This document shows positions 45,222-55,666 of a DNA stretch of 64,000 bases, in pieces. The notes beneath the pieces are model-generated. The model was not told where the DNA came from. It saw only the letters and a program-made list of their open reading frames with translations, and ran no database searches. Where the stretch lies: NCBI GenBank assembly GCA_963826115.1, contig CAWGVS010000003.1:64001-128000 (forward strand), in the 5' to 3' direction. Position 1 is the stretch's first letter, and every line of letters begins with the position of its first letter. Source of the DNA: an uncultured Candidatus Rokubacteria bacterium (GTDB lineage Bacteria > Methylomirabilota > Methylomirabilia > Rokubacteriales > DASRDR01). The position numbers were made by a program, and so were the translations under genes.

Positions 45222-46226
45222 TCAACGCGCCGACGCCGGCCGGCCCGCGCACACGCGCGCCAGGAACAGCTCGAGGAAGCGCGCGGCGTGGACCCTCGTC
45301 GCGACCCGGCAATTCGGCGGAGTCCGCTCGCCGGGTGGCAGCGTCCGGAGGTCGGCCACCGATGCGCCGCGCGTCACGCGCCCCTCGTCCTCCACGTCCA
45401 CGTGGAGCGGCGCGAGATGGACCAGCGAGGGATCGAGCGCCACCCCCACGGCGAGCGGGTCGTGGAGCGCGAACCCCTCCTCGCCCCGCCGGTCGCCGAA
45501 CGTGAACAGGTGGTTCGTGAAGTCGTCGATGAACCGCGCCACGCGCGGGTCCCCGCGGCCGAGGGCCGCGGCCAGCTGCTCGCGTCGAAGCGTGACCTGC
45601 TGCGTCGCGTCCAGCGGAACCAGCTCGAGCGGCAGCCCCGAGCGAAAGACCGCGGCCGCGGCTTCCGGGTCCACGTGGAAGTTGAACTCCGCCGCCGGCG
45701 TCACGTTCCCGGGCACCGCCACCGCGCCACCCATGATGACGATGCGCGCAACCCGGGCCAGGCGGCGCCGGTCCCGCTCGAGGGCGACGGCGAGATTGGT
45801 GAGGGGCCCGAGCGCCACGACCACCAGCTCGCCGGGGAACCGGTCGGCCATCTCGAGGATGAGGTCGGCGGCGTCGACGCTCTCCGCGCGCGCGAGGCGG
45901 CCGGCGGCGGAGACCGGGTAGCGAGGCGCGCCGTCCGCGTCGAGGAGGCGGGTCGCGCCTCCGAGCCCGTCGTCGCCGTGGAATTCCGACGCGGTGACGA
46001 GCGGGCCGCGGAGCGGCGCCGCGGCGCCGCGGGCGACGCGCACCGGCGAGACCGGTGCCCCGACCGCAACGATCCGGTGGACGTTGTCGGTCGTGAAGTC
46101 GACGGGGACGTTGCCCGCCACCGAGGTGATGGCCTCGAGCGACACCTCCGGAGACGCGAAGGCGAGGAGGATCGCGAGCGCGTCGTCGATGCCGGGATCG
46201 GTGTCGATCAGCCAGGGCACGGGCAC
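45222..46226 (-). CDS. Inosine/uridine-preferring nucleoside hydrolase
   Basis: IDTDPGIDDALA, HGDDGLG, LGPLTNLA, GNVTPAAEFN and LHDPLA. Confidence 0.95.
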   Translation of the reverse strand: MPVPWLIDTDPGIDDALAILLAFASPEVSLEAITSVAGNVPVDFTTDNVHRIVAVGAPVSPVRVARGAAAPLRGPLVTASEFHGDDGLGGATRLLDADGAPRYPVSAAGRLARAESVDAADLILEMADRFPGELVVVALGPLTNLAVALERDRRRLARVARIVIMGGAVAVPGNVTPAAEFNFHVDPEAAAAVFRSGLPLELVPLDATQQVTLRREQLAAALGRGDPRVARFIDDFTNHLFTFGDRRGEEGFALHDPLAVGVALDPSLVHLAPLHVDVEDEGRVTRGASVADLRTLPPGERTPPNCRVATRVHAARFLELFLARVCAGRPASAR

Positions 46227-46256
46227 GGGAACGGCCTCTCGGGTCCGAGCGCGGGT

Positions 46257-47318
46257 CTAGGCGAACACGAACGCCCGGCGCGGGTTGTCCACCAGCAGGG
46301 TCTCGATCGTTCGTTCGTCGACGCCCTTCCGCCGGAGCTGCGGCACGACGCTGACCAGGAGGTGCTGGTAGCCGAAGCCGCCCCACCGCGTGAGGCAGTG
46401 CTTGTAGGCAATGTCGTGGGACATGAGGATCCGGTCCAAATGGCCGTGTTCGATCAGGAAGAGGATCTGGCGGAGGCGCCCCGCGTCGTTCGGCATGTCG
46501 AACGAGGGGTTGTAGGGATAGTAGGATGTCTCCAGTCCGAACAGGTCGTACTCGAGGTGGACGCCGGTCGCCGCGAGCTCGAGCAGCACCGCGGGGTCGG
46601 TGATCGTCCGCTCGATGTGGCACATGATCGTGCGCCGGAGGTCGGCGCCCTCGCGACGGATGACGTCCACGATCTCGAGCGGCAGCCGCTCGTGCCGCCC
46701 CGGGTGGATCATGAGCGGCGCGCCCGTCTCCCGCTGGGCCAGCACCGCCGCCTGCACGACCTTCCGCTCGTTGGCGGTCCACGGCCAGCTGGTCCCGATC
46801 TCGCCGATGAAGCCCGCGCGGACCCCCGTGTCCCCCACGCCGGTGGTGAGCTCGGCCACGATCTCGCGCGCGATCCCGTCCACGGTCTTGGCGTCCATGT
46901 CCGGCGGGTGCGACGCCGCCACGTAGTAGCCCGATCCCATGACGATGTTCAGGCCGGTCGCCCGCGACACGCGCGCCAGCGCGAGGGGATCCCGGGACAA
47001 CCCCCGGTTCGTGGGATCGACGAGGGTCCGGCCGCCGGCCTGGCGGTACAGGAGGAGCTCGTCCTTCGCAACGCTCTCGTCGGTGAGCCGCAGGTTGTCG
47101 AGACTCGAGCTGAAGTTCCGCCGCACCCAGCCGAGGTTGTCCATCTGGACCGGCTGGCGTGCGAGCGCCCGTTCCCGCTCGCCGTCGGGCTCCTTGAACA
47201 TCAGGGTGAAGTCGATGAGGAGATGCTCGTGCGGGAGCGTGATGCCCATGTCCGCGGCGGCGATCGGGCCGAGCACCGTCTGGGCCCGCCCCGCGAGCGG
47301 CGAAGGCGCCATCGTCAT
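46257..47318 (-). CDS. Phosphotriesterase-related amidohydrolase
   Basis: GITLPHEHLL, GFIGEIG, IHPGR, CHIER, EYDLFG and ILMSHDI. Confidence 0.93.
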   Translation of the reverse strand: MTMAPSPLAGRAQTVLGPIAAADMGITLPHEHLLIDFTLMFKEPDGERERALARQPVQMDNLGWVRRNFSSSLDNLRLTDESVAKDELLLYRQAGGRTLVDPTNRGLSRDPLALARVSRATGLNIVMGSGYYVAASHPPDMDAKTVDGIAREIVAELTTGVGDTGVRAGFIGEIGTSWPWTANERKVVQAAVLAQRETGAPLMIHPGRHERLPLEIVDVIRREGADLRRTIMCHIERTITDPAVLLELAATGVHLEYDLFGLETSYYPYNPSFDMPNDAGRLRQILFLIEHGHLDRILMSHDIAYKHCLTRWGGFGYQHLLVSVVPQLRRKGVDERTIETLLVDNPRRAFVFA

Positions 47319-47352
47319 CTCTCCGTCGAGCGGGCCCGTCCCGGGCGGCCGC

Positions 47353-48150
47353 TCAGCCCGAACGGAGGAGATAGGGCAGCCACCGGCCGAGGACCCCGGT
47401 CAGCGTGCCGTCCTGTTTCAGGCTCGCGAGGATGTCGTTCAGCTGGGCGAGAAGCTGCGGGTCGTCCCGCCGGACTCCCCAGGCGAGATTCTCGCGGTTG
47501 AGCGGCTGCCAGATCCCGGCGAGGTCGGCCTCGTTCGCCGACACGAGCCATGCGATCGACGGGGCGTCGTGCACGAACACGTCCACCGTGCGGCGCCGGA
47601 GCGCCAGCGCGCCGTCGCTCGCGCGCGAGAGCGGAACGCGCCGGGCGCTGGGGAAGCTCTGCTGCACGAACACGTCGCCGGTCGTCCCCTCGATGAAACC
47701 CACGCTCGCCGAGGTCTGGAGGAGGGCGTCGCGCGAGGGGTAGCGCGCGGCGTCGTCGACGCGCACCAGAGCCATCAGCCCCGCCTCGAGGTACGGCGTC
47801 GTGAACGCGATCCGGACCGCCCGCGCCTCCGTCACCGACATGCCGGACATGATCACGTCGGTCCGGCCCGCCAGGAGGGCGTCGATCTGCCGATCCCACG
47901 CGACCTCGACGAAGTAGAGCGGCCGCCCCAGGCGCGTCGCCACGAGCCGGGCGAGGTCAGCCTCCACGCCGGCGACCTGGCCGGCCTGCCGGAAGACGAT
48001 GGGCGGGTAGGTCGACGTGACCCCGACGCGCAGCGCATTCGCCGGGACCTCGGCCGGTCCCGGAGCGGGTCGGTAGTAGTCCTCGACGCAGCCGGCCCCA
48101 AGCGTGGCGAACACGAGCAGGTAGGCGAGCCGACGGCGCACGCGCGTCAT
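47353..48150 (-). CDS. Polar amino-acid ABC-type substrate-binding lipoprotein (SBP family 3)
   Basis: ATG 48150 after GAGGAG. LGAGC lipobox, LRVGVTSTYPP and DVIMSGMSVTEAR. Confidence 0.88.
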   Translation of the reverse strand: MTRVRRRLAYLLVFATLGAGCVEDYYRPAPGPAEVPANALRVGVTSTYPPIVFRQAGQVAGVEADLARLVATRLGRPLYFVEVAWDRQIDALLAGRTDVIMSGMSVTEARAVRIAFTTPYLEAGLMALVRVDDAARYPSRDALLQTSASVGFIEGTTGDVFVQQSFPSARRVPLSRASDGALALRRRTVDVFVHDAPSIAWLVSANEADLAGIWQPLNRENLAWGVRRDDPQLLAQLNDILASLKQDGTLTGVLGRWLPYLLRSG

Positions 48151-48249
48151 ACGAGGCTCCTCTCCCGGCCGGCACACCGGCGCGATCGAATGTCGAGCAT
48201 CATAGCAGGCCCTCGGGCGTATCATGCGAGTCGCCGCGAACCCGGACCG

Positions 48250-48513
48250 ATGCGACTCGCTCTCGCCGCCCTGCTGCTCCTCCTCCCGCTCGCCAGGGCC
48301 GCGCGAGCCCAGACCGCCCCACAGTGCCGGGAGGCGACGGACCAGGCGCTCGCCGCGTTCAAGTCCGCGCTACCGGAGATGTCCGAGCGCGATCGGGCCG
48401 GAGCGGAGGCGCTCGTCGACGAGCTGGAGCGCCTGATCAAGGACAGCCGGGCCCGGAGCGTGGACGAGTGCGTCATCTGGCAGGAGCTCAACCGGCGCGT
48501 CGTGAGGTCCTAG
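48250..48513 (+). CDS. Small exported helical protein with a Cys pair
   Basis: MRLALAALLLLLPLARAARAQ signal peptide. QCRE...ECVIW. Confidence 0.65.
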   Translation: MRLALAALLLLLPLARAARAQTAPQCREATDQALAAFKSALPEMSERDRAGAEALVDELERLIKDSRARSVDECVIWQELNRRVVRS

Positions 48514-48718
48514 CCCGGTCGGCGCCTTGCGGACCCGCGGGCGGGCCCGTACCATGTCGTCGCCGCGACACGGTCGTCCCGAGCGAGGTCATCGCGTCGA
48601 ACCCAGCTCCGGATCGCGCTTCACGGTGCCGCGTTGCCGCAACGAGGCGGCGCCCGGGGACGCGCCCCGCGCCGCGCAGGGCCGGTGCCCGGCCAGTGCC
48701 GGAAGGAGCGCAGGAGCG

Positions 48719-49954
48719 ATGAAGGCGAGCGGAGGGACGGCCGCGTCCGCGACGCTGGTGGAGAGCGCGTACGCGTGGCGGCGGCTCGTGGCCTCGCTGG
48801 CGCTCAGCACCATCGGCGGCGTCGGCCTCTGGTCGGTGGTGGTCGTCCTGCCGGCGGTGCAGGCCGAGTTCGACGTCGCGCGCGGCAGCGCCTCTCTGCC
48901 CTACACCGCCACGATGCTCGGCTTCGCCATGGGCGGGATCCTCATGGGTCGCCTGGCCGACCGCTTCGGGATCGTCGTGCCGCTCGCGATCTCGTCGGTC
49001 GCGCTCGGCCTCGGCTACTTCCTGGCGGCGCAGGCGCCCACCCTGGGCGCGTTCGCGCTCACCCAGGGCCTTCTCATCGGGCTCCTCGGCAGCTCGGTGA
49101 CGTTCGGCCCGCTGGTGGCCGACGTCTCCCATTGGTTCACGCGCCGTCGGGGCATCGCGGTCTCGATCTGCGCCAGCGGCAACTACCTCGCCGGCACCGT
49201 CTGGCCCCCGGTGCTCCAGCACTTCACCACGACCCTGGGGTGGCGGCGGACGATGGTCGGCGTCGGGATCTTCTGCATCTCGAGCATGCTGCCGCTCACC
49301 TTCCTGCTCCGCCGTCGCGCGCCGGTCGGCCACGGCACGGCGTCCCTCGCCGCGACCCCGGCCGCGGGCCGCGCGCCCATCTCCCCGGGCCGCCTGCAGG
49401 CGCTCCTCATGGTCGCGGGGCTCGGCTGCTGCGTCGCCATGTCGATGCCGCAGGTGCACATCGTGGCGTACGCGAACGACCTCGGCTACGGCGTCGCCCA
49501 CGGGGCCCGGATGCTCTCGATGATGCTCGGGCTGGGCGTCGTCAGCCGCCTGGCCTCCGGGTTGATCGTCGACCGCATCGGCGGGGTCCGGGCGCTCCTC
49601 CTGGGATCCGCGCTCCAGTGCCTGACGCTCGCGCTGTTCCTCCCGTTCGACGGCCTCGTCGCCCTCTACGTCGTCTCCGCGCTGTTCGGGCTGTCGCAGG
49701 GCGGGATCGTGCCGAGCTACGCGATCATCGTCCGGGAGTACTTCGCGCCGGAGGAAGCGGGGACGCGGATCGGCACCGTGGTGATGGCGACGATCGTCGG
49801 CATGGCGCTCGGCGGCTGGATGTCGGGCGCGCTGTTCGACCTCACCGGCTCGTACACCTCGGCCTTCGTCAACGGCATCATCTGGAACCTGCTCAACCTC
49901 GCGATCGCGCTCTGGCTCCTCGGCCAGCCGCGACGCATCCCCGCGTTCGCCTAG
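48719..49954 (+). CDS. MFS transporter
   Basis: ATG after AGGAG. GRLADRFG, WFTRRRGIA and DRIGG. About 12 TM segments. Confidence 0.93.
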   Translation: MKASGGTAASATLVESAYAWRRLVASLALSTIGGVGLWSVVVVLPAVQAEFDVARGSASLPYTATMLGFAMGGILMGRLADRFGIVVPLAISSVALGLGYFLAAQAPTLGAFALTQGLLIGLLGSSVTFGPLVADVSHWFTRRRGIAVSICASGNYLAGTVWPPVLQHFTTTLGWRRTMVGVGIFCISSMLPLTFLLRRRAPVGHGTASLAATPAAGRAPISPGRLQALLMVAGLGCCVAMSMPQVHIVAYANDLGYGVAHGARMLSMMLGLGVVSRLASGLIVDRIGGVRALLLGSALQCLTLALFLPFDGLVALYVVSALFGLSQGGIVPSYAIIVREYFAPEEAGTRIGTVVMATIVGMALGGWMSGALFDLTGSYTSAFVNGIIWNLLNLAIALWLLGQPRRIPAFA

Positions 49955-50763
49955 CGCGGCGCGGCGGGATCGAGCGGCGTCACGACGCCGGTCGCGCGCA
50001 TCGCCGCCCGCGCGATGTCGCCGATGCACTGCTCGCCCACGTGGAGGTCGGCCATGCCCTCGCAGAACACCGCGAGGATGAGCCGGCCGCCGGGGCCGCT
50101 CACGAACCCGACGTCGTTGGTCACGCCCTTGAGCCCGCCGGTCTTCGAGCCCCAGCGCACCCCGGGGGCCTCCGGCACGTACCGGCCGATCCGCCGCCCG
50201 TTCTGCTGCCGCTCGAGCATGGTGACCATCGCCGCCGTGCCGGCGGGGCCCGCCGCCCGCCCGTCGAGCAGCATGCGGATCGCCTGCGCGTAGTCCTCGG
50301 GCGTCGCCCAGTTCTCGACCTCGTCCGACTCGGCGGGCTGGCCCCGCATCTCCCGGCCCAGCGTGGAGCCCGTCATGCCGAGCGAGCGGATCGTCTCGTT
50401 GACGGCCGCCATCCCCACGCGGCGGATGAGGAGGTTCGTCGCCGAGTTGTCGCTGATGCTCATCGTGAGGTAGACGAGGTCCTCGACGGACGGGGCGAGC
50501 CCGGTGTGGAGGTGGAGCAGCACCCCGCTCCCCGCCGCCCGGTCGGCGTCGGTCAGGCGATGCGGCTCGTCCAGCGCGAGCGCCCCTCGCTCGACGCGGC
50601 GGTACACCTCGACCATCAACGGGATCTTCACCACGCTCGCCGCCCGGAAGCGGCGCCGCCCGTGACGCGACCACCGCTGGCCGGTCGGGCCCTCGAGGGC
50701 GACGCCGACGGTCCCGAACGCCTCGGCGCGGACGACGGCCTCCTCCACCTCGCTCCAGTCCAT
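49951..50763 (-). CDS. Class A beta-lactamase-like serine hydrolase, no signal peptide
   Basis: SxxK (AASVVK), SDN and KTG motifs. ATG 50763 after AGGAGAG. Confidence 0.88.
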   Translation of the reverse strand: MDWSEVEEAVVRAEAFGTVGVALEGPTGQRWSRHGRRRFRAASVVKIPLMVEVYRRVERGALALDEPHRLTDADRAAGSGVLLHLHTGLAPSVEDLVYLTMSISDNSATNLLIRRVGMAAVNETIRSLGMTGSTLGREMRGQPAESDEVENWATPEDYAQAIRMLLDGRAAGPAGTAAMVTMLERQQNGRRIGRYVPEAPGVRWGSKTGGLKGVTNDVGFVSGPGGRLILAVFCEGMADLHVGEQCIGDIARAAMRATGVVTPLDPAAPR

Positions 50764-50780
50764 GTCGGCCCTCTCCTGGC

Positions 50781-52361
50781 TCAGGGAATCGCGTGGCCCG
50801 CGAGCACGCCCGTGCAACGCTCGTCGTCGACGGCCACCTGGCCGTTGACCACGACGAACGGAATACCGGACGGGTAGCGACGCGGGTCGTCATAGGTCGC
50901 GTTGTCGATGACGCGGTCGGCGTCGAAGACGACGAGGTCGGCGAAGTACCCCGGCGCGACGCGGCCCCGCCGGGGCAGACCGAACCGCCGGGCGGGCGCG
51001 TCGGTCATCCGCTGCACCATCGCCTCGAGGCCGAGCCCGCCGAACTCCCGGCGCAGCCGCCCGAGGAAGCGCGGGAACGCGCCGAAGGAGCGCGGATGCG
51101 GAAAGCCGCCGGCCGGCGTCATGTCGCTGCACACCATGTAGTCCGGCCGGGCGAGCAGCGTCATGCAGTCCTGGCTCACCTGCCGCCACACTGCCGGGCT
51201 CCGCGGCGGGGCGCCCAGGTGGCCCACGTTGAGCTCCTCCTCCAGCAGGAGCCGGCACAGGGTCTCTCCCATCCCCAGGCCCTCGCGCCCGGCGACGTCC
51301 GCGAGGCTCATGCCCTCGAGGTGCCGGTTCCGGGGCAGATACGAGAGCACCACGTCGCTCATGGGGAGGGCGTCCTGGCGGTCGAGGTGGGCGGCGATCC
51401 GCCGGCGCTCGGCCGGATCGCGGAGCCGCGCCAGGATCGCGTCGGGCCCGCCCTCCTGGGCGTCGCTCGGCAGGAAGCTGACCGGGATCGAGCTCCCCGC
51501 GGGGTACGGGTAGACGTCGAAGCTCACGTCCGCGCCCGCGGCGCGGGCCGGGTCGATGCGCTCCATGATCCGGCCGATCTGCCCGGCCGTCGCCGGCCCC
51601 GTCCGGTAGTGCGCGAAGTGGAGGCGCACGCCCGTCCGCCGCGCGACCTCGAGCGCCTCCGCCACCCCGTGGCCGCCGTGGGCGCGCTCCAGGTTGGCGC
51701 TCCGAGGCTCGCACATGTACACGCCACCGGCCTCACGGACGATCCGGCACAGCTCGACCAGCTCCTCCGTGTCGGCCCACGGCCCGGGGTAGTACTTCGA
51801 GCCGGTCGACAGGCCCACCGCGCCTTGCTCGAGCCCCTCGCGAACGAGCGCGCGCGCCCGCCGGAGGGCGTCGCCGGCGAGCGGCGCGTCCCGGAATCCC
51901 AGGACCTCGAGGCGTACCGTGCCCTGCGGCACGAGGTAGACCGTGTTGACGGCGACGCGCCGGTGATAGTGCCGGCGGAAGGCCGACACGGACCCCATGT
52001 CGAGATCGTCCGGCGGGTCACCCAGGAGGCCGCCCAGCCACCGGCGGAACAGTCGGTAGTTCCCCGGGGAGAGCGGCGCGTACGACATCCCGTCGATGCC
52101 GAGGAAGAGCGTCGTGATGCCCTGGCGCACGCCCATGGCATTCTGGGGATCGACGAGGAGCGCGCCCTCGGCGTGAGTGTGCGTGTCGATGAACCCCGGC
52201 GCGACGACGAGACCGCTCGCGTCGATGACGCGGCCGGCCTCGGCCCGGGACAGGTCGCCGACGGCGGTGACGGTCTCGCCGGTCAAGCCGACGTCGGCCC
52301 GGTACCCGACGGCCCCGGAGCCGTCGACGACCGTCCCGCCGCGGACCACGAGGTCGAACAT
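50781..52361 (-). CDS. N-acyl-D-amino acid deacylase (D-aminoacylase)
   Basis: VRGGTVVDGSG, APGFIDTHTH, DVYPYPAGS, HPRSFGAFPRFLG and ADLVVFD. Confidence 0.92.
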   Translation of the reverse strand: MFDLVVRGGTVVDGSGAVGYRADVGLTGETVTAVGDLSRAEAGRVIDASGLVVAPGFIDTHTHAEGALLVDPQNAMGVRQGITTLFLGIDGMSYAPLSPGNYRLFRRWLGGLLGDPPDDLDMGSVSAFRRHYHRRVAVNTVYLVPQGTVRLEVLGFRDAPLAGDALRRARALVREGLEQGAVGLSTGSKYYPGPWADTEELVELCRIVREAGGVYMCEPRSANLERAHGGHGVAEALEVARRTGVRLHFAHYRTGPATAGQIGRIMERIDPARAAGADVSFDVYPYPAGSSIPVSFLPSDAQEGGPDAILARLRDPAERRRIAAHLDRQDALPMSDVVLSYLPRNRHLEGMSLADVAGREGLGMGETLCRLLLEEELNVGHLGAPPRSPAVWRQVSQDCMTLLARPDYMVCSDMTPAGGFPHPRSFGAFPRFLGRLRREFGGLGLEAMVQRMTDAPARRFGLPRRGRVAPGYFADLVVFDADRVIDNATYDDPRRYPSGIPFVVVNGQVAVDDERCTGVLAGHAIP

Positions 52362-52377
52362 GGATCAGCGATCCATC

Positions 52378-52917
52378 CTAGGCCAGCGCGTGGCGCGCGA
52401 CGGGGCCGCTCAGCGTCTCGCCGCCCGCCGACACGTACAGCTCGCGCTCGCTCACGGACAGACTCCACGTCACGCGCCGCTCGAGGCGGGCGGCCAGGGC
52501 GGCGACGAGCCCCCGGTCGACCGCGTACAGCTCGAGCTCCGCCGCGCGGTGGATGCGCTCCCCCGCGAGACGGCCGAGCCACGGCGCCGGGTCCCGGTGC
52601 GTGTACACGGCGACGCGGTCCACGGCCTTCGAGGCCCGGTGGAGGCGCGCCGCCTCGGGCGCGCCGACCTCGATCCACGCGCGGAGCTGGCCGGTGAGGT
52701 CACGCACGCGGATCGCCGGCTCGTCCGGCTCGAAGAGCCCGCGCGAGAACTCGATGCCCTCGGTGAACTCGAGGGCGTAGGCGAGGACGCGCGTCACGAG
52801 GTACTCCTCGGTCTCCGACGGGTGCCGGGCGACCCGGAGCGCCAGGGACTCGTAGACCTCGCGGTCCGCGTCCGCGAGCTCGACGTCGAAGGTGTGGATC
52901 GTCGCGGTGAGCGCCAC
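52378..52917 (-). CDS. yaeQ: YaeQ family protein
   Basis: MALTATIH...ARHPSETEEY...RVLAYAL...F..GL..PDEPAI...WIEVG.P. Confidence 0.92.
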   Translation of the reverse strand: MALTATIHTFDVELADADREVYESLALRVARHPSETEEYLVTRVLAYALEFTEGIEFSRGLFEPDEPAIRVRDLTGQLRAWIEVGAPEAARLHRASKAVDRVAVYTHRDPAPWLGRLAGERIHRAAELELYAVDRGLVAALAARLERRVTWSLSVSERELYVSAGGETLSGPVARHALA

Positions 52918-52927
52918 CGGGGCGTCC

Positions 52928-53623
52928 CTAGCCCGTCCGCCGCCAGACCATCGCGTAGCTGATCGGCATGCCGGCGTAGGCCTGCCACTTCGGCTTCTTC
53001 GCGAGCCACGCCGCGTCGACCACGGCCTCGTCCATCTCCCCGAGCGTCCAGCCCGACGCGAGCGCGGCCGTCGCGTGGTCGCTGAAGAGGTGCACGTAGC
53101 TCCGGATGGTGACCGTCTCCCCCGGCGCCCGATCGAAGTGCGTCGGCGTGCCGGCCATCAGGAAGTACGGGTGGAACCCCACGATGACGAACACGCCCCC
53201 GGGCGCGGTGACGCGCGCCCCCTCCCGGTAGAGCGACGCGACGTCCGGGAGGTGCTCGTCGGCGAGCGACTGGATGCACAGGTCGTACGCCCGGTCGGGG
53301 AGCCCGGTGCGCGTGACGTCACCCTGGTGCAGCGCGCGGTAGATCCCCTTCCCGCGCGCGACCGCGAGCATCTCCGGCGTGAGGTCGATCCCGTCGACGG
53401 GGGCTGCGCATCGCGACCGGAGCCAGACGCCGATCCGGCCCGTGCCGCACGCGAGGTCGAGCACCGCCCGGGCGTGGGACCAGTCGACCGTCCTGAGCCC
53501 GTCGAGGAGGCGCAGGTCCATCTCGGCCTGCACGGTCGCCTCGTAGGTGCGGACCCACGCCCCGTAGCCCTCCCGCACGTCCACGATCGGATAGCGCCGC
53601 TTGTCGTAGACCGAGTGGTCCAC
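52928..53623 (-). CDS. Class I SAM-dependent methyltransferase
   Basis: GTG 53623 after AGGAGAG. VLDLACGTGRIG and GIDLTPEML. Confidence 0.9.
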   Translation of the reverse strand: MDHSVYDKRRYPIVDVREGYGAWVRTYEATVQAEMDLRLLDGLRTVDWSHARAVLDLACGTGRIGVWLRSRCAAPVDGIDLTPEMLAVARGKGIYRALHQGDVTRTGLPDRAYDLCIQSLADEHLPDVASLYREGARVTAPGGVFVIVGFHPYFLMAGTPTHFDRAPGETVTIRSYVHLFSDHATAALASGWTLGEMDEAVVDAAWLAKKPKWQAYAGMPISYAMVWRRTG

Positions 53624-53822
53624 CCTGACTCTCCTTTCCCAGCCAGCCTCGCGGGCCGGCGACCGCTCCATCGTGTCACACCCGGCCGCCGCAATCCGTC
53701 GCGGACGACCGCTGCATAACGTCTCCGGCCCACGATCCCGCCCGAAACCCGGCTTCCTGCCGGTCGAACGCGCCCCTCCGGCGGCGGCCAGCCTGGTACG
53801 AACGTTGCTAGAAATCACCCTC

Positions 53823-54845
53823 ATGCGATGGACCCTGAGCGGCATCCTGCTCGCGGCCGGGCTCCTCCTGGCCGTGCCGGTGGCCGCGGACGACCCGATC
53901 GATGGGGAGCAGGCGCCCGTCGGCCTCACATCCGACGCCGTAGGCGACCTTCGCCTAGAGATCGACCGGCTCCGCGCCCGGCTCGAGCGGCTCGAGACCG
54001 GCCAGTCCGCGCTGCCGCGGGCGCTCCACGCCTTCGAGCTGCCGGCCAGTCTGCGGTTCGCCGGCGAGCCCGTGCCCCTTGGACGGTGGGACGTCGGGGA
54101 GCGCCTCGAGCGGGAGTTCCTCCTCTCGCTCGGGAATCCCGCCCAGGTGGTCCTGTGGCTGAAGCGCAGCGCCCGGTACTTCCCGTACATCGAGCGCGAG
54201 CTAGCGCGCGCGAACCTCCCGGACGACCTGAAGTACGTCGCGGTGATCGAGAGCGCGCTCCTGCCGAGCGCCTACTCCCACGCGAGCGCGCTCGGCATCT
54301 GGCAGTTCATCGCCACGACGGCCAAGCGCTACGGGCTCTCGGTGACGTCGGGCTGGGACGAGCGACGGAACCCGGAGCGCTCCACCGCCGCCGCGCTCGC
54401 GCTCCTCCGCGAGCTGCGCCAGCGGTTCCCGGACTGGCCGCTCGCGCTCGCTGCGTACAACTCCGGCGAGGGCCGCATCGACCAGGCCATGCGGCACCAG
54501 GGTGTGTCGAGCTACTACCAGCTCTCCCTGTCCGACGAGACGGAGCGCTACGTCTTCCGGGCGCTCGCCGCGAAGCTGATCCTCTCCGAGCCGGAGCGCT
54601 ACGGGTTCGAGGTCCCACACGAGGCCCGGTACCGGCCCTACGACGCCGACGTCGTGGCGGTCGAGCTCCGCGAGCGCGTGGCGGTGGCCGATCTCGCGCG
54701 GCGCGCGGGCTCCTTCTACCGCGAGTTGAAAGCTCTCAACCCGGAGATCGTCGAGGACTGGCTCGGCAAGGGCCGCTACGCGCTGCGCGTCCCGAAGGGC
54801 CAGGGCCCGACGCTCCGCGCGGCGCTCGGAGGCGCCACCCGCTAG
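53823..54845 (+). CDS. Lytic transglycosylase (MltD-like SLT domain)
   Basis: Signal peptide. LPDDLKYVAVIES, ALGIWQF, DERR, LALAAYNSGE and ETERYV. Confidence 0.92.
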   Translation: MRWTLSGILLAAGLLLAVPVAADDPIDGEQAPVGLTSDAVGDLRLEIDRLRARLERLETGQSALPRALHAFELPASLRFAGEPVPLGRWDVGERLEREFLLSLGNPAQVVLWLKRSARYFPYIERELARANLPDDLKYVAVIESALLPSAYSHASALGIWQFIATTAKRYGLSVTSGWDERRNPERSTAAALALLRELRQRFPDWPLALAAYNSGEGRIDQAMRHQGVSSYYQLSLSDETERYVFRALAAKLILSEPERYGFEVPHEARYRPYDADVVAVELRERVAVADLARRAGSFYRELKALNPEIVEDWLGKGRYALRVPKGQGPTLRAALGGATR

Positions 54846-54857
54846 ACGGGCAGCCGC

Positions 54858-54904
54858 TTGACACGGTCTGGACGCCGGTGCTACCTGTCTAGACAACTAG
54901 ACAG
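54858..54904 (+). promoter_or_regulatory. Promoter with HutC/GntR-type operator
   Basis: TTGACA (54858-54863), perfect palindrome TGTCTAGACA (54886-54895), then a second half-site CTAGACA just before the GntR ATG. Confidence 0.75.
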
Positions 54905-55666
54905 ATGGACGACACCGGCACGGCGGTTCTCGTAGACGCGCGGCTCGGGGGACGGATCCCCCGCTATCTCCAGATCGCCCGCGCGCTCCGGCGCCGCCTG
55001 GCTGGCGCCGCGGCGGGCCCGGTGGCGCGACTCCCCTCGGAGTTCGCCCTGGCGGCCGAGTTCGGGGTCAGCCGCGAGACGCTCCGCCAGGCGCTGTCGC
55101 TCCTCCGGGACGAGGGCCTCATCTACTCGCTGGTCGGCCGGGGGACCTTCGCCAGTCCCGGCCATCGCCCGGTCGGTATCCGCATCACCCAGCCGATCAA
55201 CGAGCCCTACGTCGCGGGACGCCCCAGCGTCCTCCGGGTCCTCGAGGAGGGCTGGGTGAAGGCGCCGGCGGAGGTGAGCCGCGCCATGGCGGTGCCGGCG
55301 CGGACCCCGGTCTACTGCTACCGCTCGCTGCGCACGATCCGCGGGCGTCCCTTCCGCTACGGGCGCGTCTACCTGCCCCGGGAGATCGCCGAGCGTCTGG
55401 ATCTCACCCGCCCGCCCGAGCTCACGATCTCGGAGCGGGTCGAGCACGAGGCGTCCGTCCGGCTCCTCCGCGCGCAGCAGGCGGTGCTGGCAGTGGCAGC
55501 GCCGGCCGAGGTCGCGAAGCAGTTCGGCCTGGCGGCCGGGGCCCCGCTCCTGATGTTCCGGCGGACCTACTACCAGGACACCGGGGGCCCGGCGGAGTTC
55601 GTGCTCGAGTACCAGGACTCGATACGGTTCCCGTATGAAGAGACCTTCGTCCGGACGCCGCGCTGA
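54905..55666 (+). CDS. GntR family regulator, HutC subfamily (UTRA domain)
   Basis: PRYLQIA, LPSEFALAAEFGVSRETLRQAL and GRGTF, followed by a UTRA-type C-terminus. Confidence 0.93.
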   Translation: MDDTGTAVLVDARLGGRIPRYLQIARALRRRLAGAAAGPVARLPSEFALAAEFGVSRETLRQALSLLRDEGLIYSLVGRGTFASPGHRPVGIRITQPINEPYVAGRPSVLRVLEEGWVKAPAEVSRAMAVPARTPVYCYRSLRTIRGRPFRYGRVYLPREIAERLDLTRPPELTISERVEHEASVRLLRAQQAVLAVAAPAEVAKQFGLAAGAPLLMFRRTYYQDTGGPAEFVLEYQDSIRFPYEETFVRTPR

